Source: Thermodesulfovibrionia bacterium
Lineage (GTDB): Bacteria > Nitrospirota > Thermodesulfovibrionia > Thermodesulfovibrionales > SM23-35
Length of the DNA stretch: 64,000 bases
NCBI GenBank assembly: GCA_041500225.1
Contig: JBGQLV010000002.1
Span: 5,616-69,615, forward strand
Direction of reading: 5' to 3'
Shown here piece after piece: positions 57,118 through 64,000 of this stretch (its first letter is position 1; every line of letters begins with the position of its first letter). Under the pieces are notes generated by a model. It was not told the origin of the DNA, did no database searches, and saw only the letters and a program-made list of their open reading frames with translations. The translations under genes and the position numbers were made by a program.

Positions 57118-59325
57118 ATGGATTTTTATGCTGATGGAAACAAGAGTCAGAAGCTGATAACGCATATTGATGGCGTTAGGAATAATGCATCTTTATTTTC
57201 CAAAGCTTTTGGGTGTGAAGCTTGGGGCGCATTATTAGGTGACTGGCATGACTTGGGAAAGTTCATGGAGGCGTTCCAGAGATATATGCTTGAAGATGAA
57301 CAGCGTATTGAGCATGCCGTTGTGGGAGGGCGGTACGCAACAGATCAATTTGATGACCCTCTTCGTAAATTGGCCTTACAGCTTACAATTACTTGTCACC
57401 ATACCGGATTGCAAAATAGCGAAGCTCTCAGAGAACGATTAGTTAATGCGGCACAATTGGTACGCGATGCTATCAAAAATGCGCCGAATGATTTGTTGGA
57501 TAGAAAACTTCCTGAGTGGCCTGAGTGGCTGATTCCTCCAGATGTTACCGCTGAAGAAAAGAAAATAAATGAGTGGAAGAGAAGCTTGGAATTTTGGATA
57601 CGAATGCTTCATTCCTGTCTGGTTGATGCTGATTGGCTTGATGCTGAAAAACGGGACTCAGATGCACTGAAAAGACCCGATTTTCCTTTGATTGATGAAC
57701 TTAGAGATGAACTGGATGGATATATTGATGTAAAAGTTTCTGATGCGAAAAAAAATAATTGGACACCAGTCAATGCTCAAAGAAAAAATGTGTTGGATGC
57801 TTGTAGAGAGTCTGCAATAACCCAAACAGGATATTTTTCATTAACGGTTCCAACAGGTGGCGGGAAAACACTTTCCGGGATGTCCTTTGCTTTAAATCAT
57901 GCTGTAGAAAATAAAATGAAACGTGTGATTGTTGTTATCCCGTACACAAGCATTATCGAACAAAATGCATCCGTTTACGCAGAGGTTTTTGGGCGCGAAA
58001 ACGTAATTGAGCATCACTCAAATATTGAACCTGAAAAGGATACAGAAAGAAACCGTCTGGCATCAGAAAATTGGGATGCGCCTATCATTGTCACAACGAA
58101 TGTTCAATTTTTCGAATCGTTGTACGCAAACAAAAATACCAGACTTCGGAAACTTCATAACATTTCCAGAAGTGTCATTATTTTAGACGAAGTGCAATCA
58201 CTGCCTCCGGGGTTGTTGTATCCGATATTGGATGCAATACAGGAATTACGAGAACATTACGGTTGTTCAGTCGTTCTTTCTACAGCAACTCAGCCAGCCT
58301 TAAAAAAGCGCAAATCATTTATGTGCGGATTGGATACGGTGAGAGAAATTATTCCGGCCGCAATGAAGCTGTCGCAAAATTTAGCTCGTGTGAATATTGA
58401 ATGGGAAACAGGTAGCGCTATAGAATATCCAGATATTTCGGAACGTATCCTAAAAGAAAATATGCAACGTGTTTTGGTGGTCACACATAAGCGTAAGGAT
58501 GCCCGAGTGCTTGCCGGTTTGCTACCTGAGAATACTTATCATCTTTCGGCATCAATGTGTCCTTTTCACCGGAAGGATACTCTTAATAAAGTAAAAGAGG
58601 AGTTGTTGAAAAATGAATCCTCGACCGTTAGGGTAGTAAGTACGCAATTAATCGAGGCGGGGGTAGATATTGATTTCCCTGTCGTTTTCAGGGCATTAGC
58701 CGGTTTGGACAGTATTTCACAGACGGCAGGGCGTTGTAACCGTGAAGGCAAAGATGTTAATGGAGGTCGTCTAATTGTCTTTCGCGCACCAACAGAACCT
58801 CCGGCGGGAGTTTTGCGCTTGGGAAAGGGTATTACGGAAAGTTTACTTAATTCCAGTGAATCTGACGGCGTTTTGCGGGGCGATGATGGTTCTCTGGATT
58901 TAACGTCTCCTGCAATTTATGATACATACTTTCGTCTGTTTTATTCTGGTGTTCAACTGGATGGGGCAGGGGTTCAAAATGCCCGCGCAAGTCTGGATTT
59001 CCCTGAAGTCGCAAAGCGTTTCCGTATAATTGACAGCGTTGCATATCCTGTCGTTGTTCCTTACAAAGACGCATACGACAAGCTGGATGCCGTCCGTGCT
59101 AAATTCAAACCATCGCGGGATGACTTCAGATCACTTCAACCTTTTATTGTTCAAATATATTTTCAGGAGTTTCAGGCGCTGAATAACGTAGGCGCACTTG
59201 GATCTATACATGAGAAAGCGTTCTTTTATTTAACGCCGCCATATGAACGGCTTTATGATGAACGATTTGGTTTGGTTGTGTCTGAAGAAAATCTTTTTCC
59301 TAATTATTCAAAATTCAATGTTTAA
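57118..59325 (+). CDS. cas3: CRISPR-associated helicase/nuclease Cas3 (HD + SF2 helicase), type I-C context
   Basis: It has the HD motif WHDLGK and the helicase motif I PTGGGKT. The DEAH-like motif is ILDEVQ, followed by STATQP. The C-terminal SQTAGRCNREG is also present. Confidence 0.9.
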   Translation: MDFYADGNKSQKLITHIDGVRNNASLFSKAFGCEAWGALLGDWHDLGKFMEAFQRYMLEDEQRIEHAVVGGRYATDQFDDPLRKLALQLTITCHHTGLQNSEALRERLVNAAQLVRDAIKNAPNDLLDRKLPEWPEWLIPPDVTAEEKKINEWKRSLEFWIRMLHSCLVDADWLDAEKRDSDALKRPDFPLIDELRDELDGYIDVKVSDAKKNNWTPVNAQRKNVLDACRESAITQTGYFSLTVPTGGGKTLSGMSFALNHAVENKMKRVIVVIPYTSIIEQNASVYAEVFGRENVIEHHSNIEPEKDTERNRLASENWDAPIIVTTNVQFFESLYANKNTRLRKLHNISRSVIILDEVQSLPPGLLYPILDAIQELREHYGCSVVLSTATQPALKKRKSFMCGLDTVREIIPAAMKLSQNLARVNIEWETGSAIEYPDISERILKENMQRVLVVTHKRKDARVLAGLLPENTYHLSASMCPFHRKDTLNKVKEELLKNESSTVRVVSTQLIEAGVDIDFPVVFRALAGLDSISQTAGRCNREGKDVNGGRLIVFRAPTEPPAGVLRLGKGITESLLNSSESDGVLRGDDGSLDLTSPAIYDTYFRLFYSGVQLDGAGVQNARASLDFPEVAKRFRIIDSVAYPVVVPYKDAYDKLDAVRAKFKPSRDDFRSLQPFIVQIYFQEFQALNNVGALGSIHEKAFFYLTPPYERLYDERFGLVVSEENLFPNYSKFNV

Positions 59326-59343
59326 GCCTAAAAAGGAGGAACT

Positions 59344-60069
59344 ATGAAAAAACGGAGAGGCCCGACATTAAGCCTTCGGGCAAAAGGCCCGCTTGCTATA
59401 TTTACGCGGCCTGAACTTAAAACAGAACGGGTGAGTTATGAGGTTCCAACCCCTTCATCTGTTCGCGGAATGTTTGAAGCTGTTTGCTGGAAACCCGCCA
59501 TTCAATGGCATGTGGAGCGCATCTATGTGTTCAATGAAATATCCTTTACTGCGATGAAGCGAAATGAGCTGAACACCAAAAGCAGTGTACCTTCAAGGCA
59601 GATGATGGACTCCGGTATGCGGGAATTCACATATGGGATATATGGTATAAATGCTGATGATCCTGACAGCAGGGCGCAACGAAATACGGTGGCTTTGCGG
59701 AATGTGGATTATCAGTTCGAAGCTTTTTTTACGCTTACCGAGAGAGCTGGGGCAGATGATAATATCTATAAATTTGTTGATATGTTTACCCGACGGGTGG
59801 AAAATGGACAGCATTTTCACCAGCCCTATTTCGGTTGCCGGGAGTGTATTGCTGAAATTCTTCCTCCCATAGAAAAGCCGGAAGAGCGGACAATTTCCAT
59901 ATCCAAAGAACTCGGAATTATGCTTTGGGATATTGAGTTCGGAACTGGTGAGGAACGGCAAAACACGTCTCTTTTTTTCAATGCAAAAATGGAAAATGGA
60001 AAAATGGAAATCCCATTGCATCCAATCGGTCGGGAGGAGGTGTCGTATGATATTGAAAGCGCTTTATGA
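59344..60069 (+). CDS. cas5: Cas5, subtype I-C (Cas5c/Cas5d)
   Basis: The 241-aa RAMP begins [39 protein letters not shown], typical of Cas5d. AGGAGG lies upstream. It sits between cas3 and cas8c as in I-C operons. Confidence 0.85.
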   Translation: MKKRRGPTLSLRAKGPLAIFTRPELKTERVSYEVPTPSSVRGMFEAVCWKPAIQWHVERIYVFNEISFTAMKRNELNTKSSVPSRQMMDSGMREFTYGIYGINADDPDSRAQRNTVALRNVDYQFEAFFTLTERAGADDNIYKFVDMFTRRVENGQHFHQPYFGCRECIAEILPPIEKPEERTISISKELGIMLWDIEFGTGEERQNTSLFFNAKMENGKMEIPLHPIGREEVSYDIESAL

Positions 60070-62038
60070 TTTAGCACAACGGGGAGAGCTTGTTCCGGAT
60101 TCTGATTTTGAGATCAAGCCGGTCGCTTGGGTCATTCGAGTGGGTGATAGTGGACGTTTTTTGGGTATTGAACCGTTGAAACAAGCAGAAAAGCTTCCTG
60201 AAGGGTCAAAGAAAAAACCAAGAATGTTAGGCACGCCAAAATTAGTTCCTAAGCGATTACCCAGTCGTTCAGGGAAACACCCTCAGGCTGAATTTTTTGT
60301 CGATAACCCGTTGTATGTTTTGGGCAAATCAATTCCTGCCGAGAAATATAAACCTTTGGTTTGTAAGACACGCCAAGGTATGTTTGCCGATAGAATAAAG
60401 CCATGCGCAGAAGAATCAGGTGATAATGCGGTCAAGGATTGCACATTGTTTTTACAAAAACATGCACGTGGTGAATTAGAGGTTGCAATACCTTCAGAGA
60501 TGAAAGGAAATGACCTGATTGCCTTTTCTTATCAAACGGAAGAGTCATTTGTCCATAAGAGGCCGGCTGTTATTGAATATTGGAGAAAAATTAATGCGGA
60601 TAGTCTTAGAGCGCAAGAGGGTTCCGTGTGCCTCATTACTGGAGAATTCTGCACACCTGCCAAAAAGCATAAAAAATTAAAAAATGTACCTCAAAAGAAA
60701 ATCAGCGACATAGCTTTAGCGCCTTGTAACCAACCTGCCTTTGAAAGCTATGGCTGGAAGGAAGCTGCCAATGCTGTGATTGGCGAGGAATCGTCCGATT
60801 TTGCAATGACAGCTCTAAACCGTCTTTTGCATCCCAATCCACCCGATCCGCAAGATCCGAATCAGACCTTATCAAAGCAAAATGTACATTTAAGCTCAGA
60901 TACGGTGGTTTGTTATTGGACACGGAATAAGAGTGCGTTGTCCGATTCTTTTGGTTTGGCCATTGAGGTGGATGAAGAAAAGGTCGAAGCGAAGCCAGCG
61001 CAGGTTGCGGAGATGTATAAAAGCCTTTGGAAAGGTATCCCCTATAAATTGGACAAGCCCGATGAATTTTACTCATTGGTTCTGTCTGGTGGCCAGGGAC
61101 GGGCAACCGTACGGGATTGGATAGAGTCGAACACACAGCATGTGGTGGATAGTCTGGCACAATATTTTGCAGACTTGAGAATTGAGCGCTGTTGCCCTTC
61201 GCCTAAAAAAGGAAGACATCCTGAAAGCTTTTCGCTGCCTTTATTGCTTGAGTCGCTTGCTGATCCGAAAGACCGCCGAAAAGAAGGTATCCCTTCTGCG
61301 ATCGGCACACAGTTCTACCGGGCATCAATTGACAAAAAACTATTGTTTCCACAGCCGGCATTTAGTCGGGCAATTTTGCGTTATAGAGCTGAATTGGGGA
61401 AGGAAAGCGACGAAAAAAAGGGCTGGTTCGTAAAGAATTGGAACGATGCCCGAGCGGCAATTATTAAAGCGTATCTAAATCGAAAACATCGGAAAGAATC
61501 CAAACAAGAGGAGGTATCAGAAAAAATGAATCCAACCTGTACAGATAAAGGATATTTACTTGGACAGCTTATGTCCGTATTGGAAAAACTACAGACAGCG
61601 GCCCTGGGGAGTGTTAATGCGAGTATTGTTGATCGTTATTTTGCTGGGGCCTCTGCGTCTCCCAAAAGTGTATTTGGAAGTTTACTTAGAAACGCACGGC
61701 ATCACGCCCGCAAAGCTAAAGATGAATCAAGAAACAAAGGACAAATATTTAATTTGGAGCGGTTAATTGACCAAATTTGCAGCCAGTTTGATGTTTCTTT
61801 GAAGAAAACAGAAGATCCAAAATCCGTCTATGAGAATGGATTCCCTGCGTATCTTTCCCAAGAGCAACAGGGAATGTTTGTTTTGGGATACCATCAAATG
61901 CGCAAATGGCTGTGGATGACACGCGAAGAGCGGGATATCTGGAATGACGAACATTCCGATGCTTCCCGTGCATATTTGTGGGAAAAGAAGGAAAATGATT
62001 TAGAAAATTCAACTGAAGAAAAAGGAGAAAACCAATGA
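60047..62038 (+). CDS. cas8c: Cas8c (Csd1) large subunit, type I-C
   Basis: ATG 60047 follows GGGAGGAGG. The N-terminus MILKALYDLAQR is typical of Csd1. The track ORF from 59933 is an upstream extension that overlaps cas5. Confidence 0.85.
   Translation: MILKALYDLAQRGELVPDSDFEIKPVAWVIRVGDSGRFLGIEPLKQAEKLPEGSKKKPRMLGTPKLVPKRLPSRSGKHPQAEFFVDNPLYVLGKSIPAEKYKPLVCKTRQGMFADRIKPCAEESGDNAVKDCTLFLQKHARGELEVAIPSEMKGNDLIAFSYQTEESFVHKRPAVIEYWRKINADSLRAQEGSVCLITGEFCTPAKKHKKLKNVPQKKISDIALAPCNQPAFESYGWKEAANAVIGEESSDFAMTALNRLLHPNPPDPQDPNQTLSKQNVHLSSDTVVCYWTRNKSALSDSFGLAIEVDEEKVEAKPAQVAEMYKSLWKGIPYKLDKPDEFYSLVLSGGQGRATVRDWIESNTQHVVDSLAQYFADLRIERCCPSPKKGRHPESFSLPLLLESLADPKDRRKEGIPSAIGTQFYRASIDKKLLFPQPAFSRAILRYRAELGKESDEKKGWFVKNWNDARAAIIKAYLNRKHRKESKQEEVSEKMNPTCTDKGYLLGQLMSVLEKLQTAALGSVNASIVDRYFAGASASPKSVFGSLLRNARHHARKAKDESRNKGQIFNLERLIDQICSQFDVSLKKTEDPKSVYENGFPAYLSQEQQGMFVLGYHQMRKWLWMTREERDIWNDEHSDASRAYLWEKKENDLENSTEEKGENQ
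61526..62038 (+). CDS. cas11: probable internally translated small subunit Cas11c (in-frame within the cas8c 3' end)
   Basis: An in-frame ATG at 61526 is preceded by GAGGAGG (61508..61514). The product begins MNPTCTDKGYLLGQLMSVLEKLQ. Type I-C systems are reported to make Cas11 from an internal start in cas8c. Confidence 0.5.
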   Translation: MNPTCTDKGYLLGQLMSVLEKLQTAALGSVNASIVDRYFAGASASPKSVFGSLLRNARHHARKAKDESRNKGQIFNLERLIDQICSQFDVSLKKTEDPKSVYENGFPAYLSQEQQGMFVLGYHQMRKWLWMTREERDIWNDEHSDASRAYLWEKKENDLENSTEEKGENQ

Positions 62039-63165
62039 AAGAAGCTATCAAAAATCGTTATGAATTTGTTTATCTGTTTGATGTAAATAAAGGAAATCCA
62101 AATGGGGACCCAGATGCAGGGAATGCTCCTCGTCAGGACTATGAAACGGGGAAAGGATTAGTTACGGATGTTTGCCTGAAACGGAAGATTAGAAACTATG
62201 TTGATATCACAAAAAACAACCAGGCGCCTTATGAAATTCATGTGAGAGAAGGCGCTTTTCTTTCCGAGCATCATAAGCGCGCACATTTGGCGATTGAAAA
62301 TGAAACGATCCAGATGATTGTTCCCGATGATTTGGTAGCCGAGTTTAAAGCATTTGAAGCATATCCGGATGGAATCGTTTTTTCTGCTAAAGGCGAGCGT
62401 CCATGCTTGGTCTTGTCTTTATCTGGACTGGAAGAAACAGAGAAAGATGTGAAAAAACTGAAAGAGAAAGAGAAGAAAGAAGATGCCGGGAACAAGAAAC
62501 TGATATCGCCTGCAGCAAAAGCAAAGCTCCGTGAACTATTCATTGATTCAAAAGAGAAAAAAGCGGCGCAGTGGATGTGCAAAAACTTTTTTGACGTTCG
62601 TACATTCGGTGCGGTTATGTCTACCGGCGATATGCGATGTGGGCAGATTAGAGGGCCTGTTCAATTTGGATTTGCGGAAAGCATTGATTCAATTGTGGGG
62701 AAAGAAATATCAATGTCGCGGACTGCTGCAGTAAGTATAGATGACCCTGATCAAAAAGGGTTAGGTGCTCGAAAATCAATTGTTCCTTATGGGTTGTATC
62801 GGGTTCATGGATATATTTCTGCACATCTATCAAGTCAGACTAACTTTTCAGAGGATGATTTGGAAATGTTGTGGTCTGCGCTGATGAATATGTTTGATCA
62901 AGATCCCGCCGCTGCTCGAACTGGGATGCACGCTCAGAAGTTGATCGTTTTTAAACATGTTGGAACTGATAAAGATGAAAAGCAAAAAAAAGAACAAGCA
63001 AAATTAGGATGTGCACCTGCGCATAAATTATTTGAAATGGTAAATGTTGAATTAATCAATAAAGACAAGCCTCCACGTTCTTTTGCTGATTATAAAAAGA
63101 TTGACTTTGCGGATATTAAATCTAAGGCAATAGTGTTGGGCGTTGAAGCAATTGAAATGCTGTAG
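62035..63165 (+). CDS. cas7: Cas7, subtype I-C (Csd2)
   Basis: It begins IKNRYEFVYLFDVNKGNPNGDPDAGN. It also has VTDVCLKRKIRNY and CKNFFDVRTFGAVMSTG...IRGPVQFGFAESID, hallmarks of Csd2. At 376 aa it is longer than I expect. Confidence 0.9.
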   Translation: MKEAIKNRYEFVYLFDVNKGNPNGDPDAGNAPRQDYETGKGLVTDVCLKRKIRNYVDITKNNQAPYEIHVREGAFLSEHHKRAHLAIENETIQMIVPDDLVAEFKAFEAYPDGIVFSAKGERPCLVLSLSGLEETEKDVKKLKEKEKKEDAGNKKLISPAAKAKLRELFIDSKEKKAAQWMCKNFFDVRTFGAVMSTGDMRCGQIRGPVQFGFAESIDSIVGKEISMSRTAAVSIDDPDQKGLGARKSIVPYGLYRVHGYISAHLSSQTNFSEDDLEMLWSALMNMFDQDPAAARTGMHAQKLIVFKHVGTDKDEKQKKEQAKLGCAPAHKLFEMVNVELINKDKPPRSFADYKKIDFADIKSKAIVLGVEAIEML

Positions 63166-63299
63166 TCATGAAGGAATTTGGCACTTCCACAAAGACCGAA
63201 CTGAAGCTGATAGGCGTGGCATGTCTACTGGAAGGAGCTCGCGCTGGCTAATACCGGTGAGGCGGGTATGCGAGGACATGACAGAAAGGAGGTTTAAAC

Positions 63300-64000
63300 T
63301 TGGAATCAAATATAGCCGTATTTAAGGGCAAAAAGATTCGTAAGACCCTATACAACAAAGAATGGTGGTTTTCTGTAGTAGATGTTGTTGGAGTGCTCAC
63401 TGACAGCCCTGATGCTGGCGCATATTGGAGAAAGCTAAAACAACGGTTAAAAGAGGAAGGAAGCGAAGTCGTGACATTTTGTCACGGGTTGAAGCTGCCT
63501 GCTCCTGACGGGAAACTGAGAGAGACTGACTGTGCCAATACTGAGGGTATATTCCGACTTATCCAATCCATCCCTTCTCCCAAGGCAGAGCCTTTTAAAC
63601 GCTGGCTTGCAAAAGTCGGCTATGAGCGCGTACAGGAAATAGAAAATCCGGAGCTTGCCACAAAAAGGACGCGGATGCTTTATAAGCTCAAAGGTTATTC
63701 CGATGATTGGATTGAAAAGCGTATGCGCGGCATCGCCATCCGGGAAGAATTGACTGATGAATGGCAGAAGCGGGGCGCGGAGGAAGAAAAGAACTATGAA
63801 ATTTTAACCGCGGAAATATCAAAGGCAACTTTTGGCATTACTCCCGGAGAATACAAAAAGCTCAAAGGACTTAAGCGGCAGAATCTGCGCGACCATATGG
63901 ATGATTTCGAGCTGATTTTTACGATGCTTGGAGAGCGCGCTACCACGGAAATTCATCGCACAGAAGACTCTGAGGGTATGAAAAAGCTTAAAACGGACGC
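63300..64000 (+). CDS. Bro-N domain protein, DinD/antirepressor-like (3' end beyond window)
   Basis: A TTG at 63300 lies 7 nt after AAGGAGG (63286..63292), and the frame stays open to the window edge. It is absent from the ORF track because there is no stop. The translation reads ...WWFSVVDVVGVLTDS...KLRETDCANTEGIFRLIQSIPSPKAEPFKRWLAKVGYERVQEIENPE..., which matches the widespread Bro-N/DNA-damage-inducible-protein-D-like family. Confidence 0.8.
   Translation, partial: MESNIAVFKGKKIRKTLYNKEWWFSVVDVVGVLTDSPDAGAYWRKLKQRLKEEGSEVVTFCHGLKLPAPDGKLRETDCANTEGIFRLIQSIPSPKAEPFKRWLAKVGYERVQEIENPELATKRTRMLYKLKGYSDDWIEKRMRGIAIREELTDEWQKRGAEEEKNYEILTAEISKATFGITPGEYKKLKGLKRQNLRDHMDDFELIFTMLGERATTEIHRTEDSEGMKKLKTD

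Noticed and set aside
59933-60046. Upstream extension of cas8c overlapping cas5
   Set aside because: The typical Csd1 N-terminus (MILKALYDL) begins at ATG 60047 with a strong RBS. The extension is just the alternative frame of cas5.
63143-63325. 60-aa ORF bridging the cas7 end and the Bro-N gene start
   Set aside because: It starts with a TTG inside cas7 and overlaps the RBS and start of the Bro-N gene. I saw no motif, so it is most likely spurious.
1-64000. tRNA, rRNA, tmRNA or RNase P genes
   Set aside because: I found no T-loop/acceptor-stem type patterns such as GGTTCGAATCC, and no long non-coding conserved-looking stretches. This was visual inspection only, so a small RNA could have been missed. 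tRNAscan-SE and Rfam scans would settle it.

Overview
This is a densely coding, low-GC bacterial chromosome segment. GC was judged by eye, not computed. The gene content fits a strict anaerobe, possibly Nitrospirota/Thermodesulfovibrionia-like, but that is inference from content only. No rRNA gene, tRNA gene or CRISPR array was seen. Order of content: (1) an oxidative/nitrosative stress cluster with a flavodiiron protein, a rubrerythrin-like protein and a secreted octaheme HAO-family cytochrome c; (2) housekeeping genes coaD, rsmD, an ECF sigma/anti-sigma pair, purN and a SurA-like gene; (3) a NuoE/NuoF-like plus selenocysteine formate dehydrogenase operon, with in-frame TGA at 17430..17432 and a SECIS-like hairpin, followed by a standalone cNMP-binding protein and formate-THF ligase; (4) a cytosolic, signal-peptide-less [NiFe] hydrogenase translationally linked to two histidine kinases, a candidate H2-sensing system; (5) NfeD/SPFH/DedA membrane genes; (6) an atypical type II FAS/PKS-like operon (PilZ-methyltransferase, His-less KS partner, FabZ, catalytic KS, ACP, CrtI-family flavoenzyme, hybrid kinase) lying convergent to the canonical yceD-rpmF-plsX-fabH block; (7) gcvH-lpdA, an unknown 455-aa protein, eno, ftsB, GH57, dtd, glgB, cysE and cysK; (8) a type I-C CRISPR-Cas effector module (cas3-cas5-cas8c with a probable internal cas11, then cas7). 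The I-C module is preceded by relics of a different cas locus (a cas6 5' fragment and a frameshifted cas3 5' fragment). It is followed by a Bro-N/DinD-like gene where cas4 is expected. A family of palindromic REP/MITE-like elements is scattered through the intergenic regions, including inside operons. My best candidates for undescribed biology are the lipid/polyketide-like operon (31.9-37.9 kb), the hydrogenase-kinase sensory module (22.8-28.5 kb) and the remodelled cas locus (56.4-64 kb). All functional calls rest on motif recognition in the supplied translations. No database search was run.
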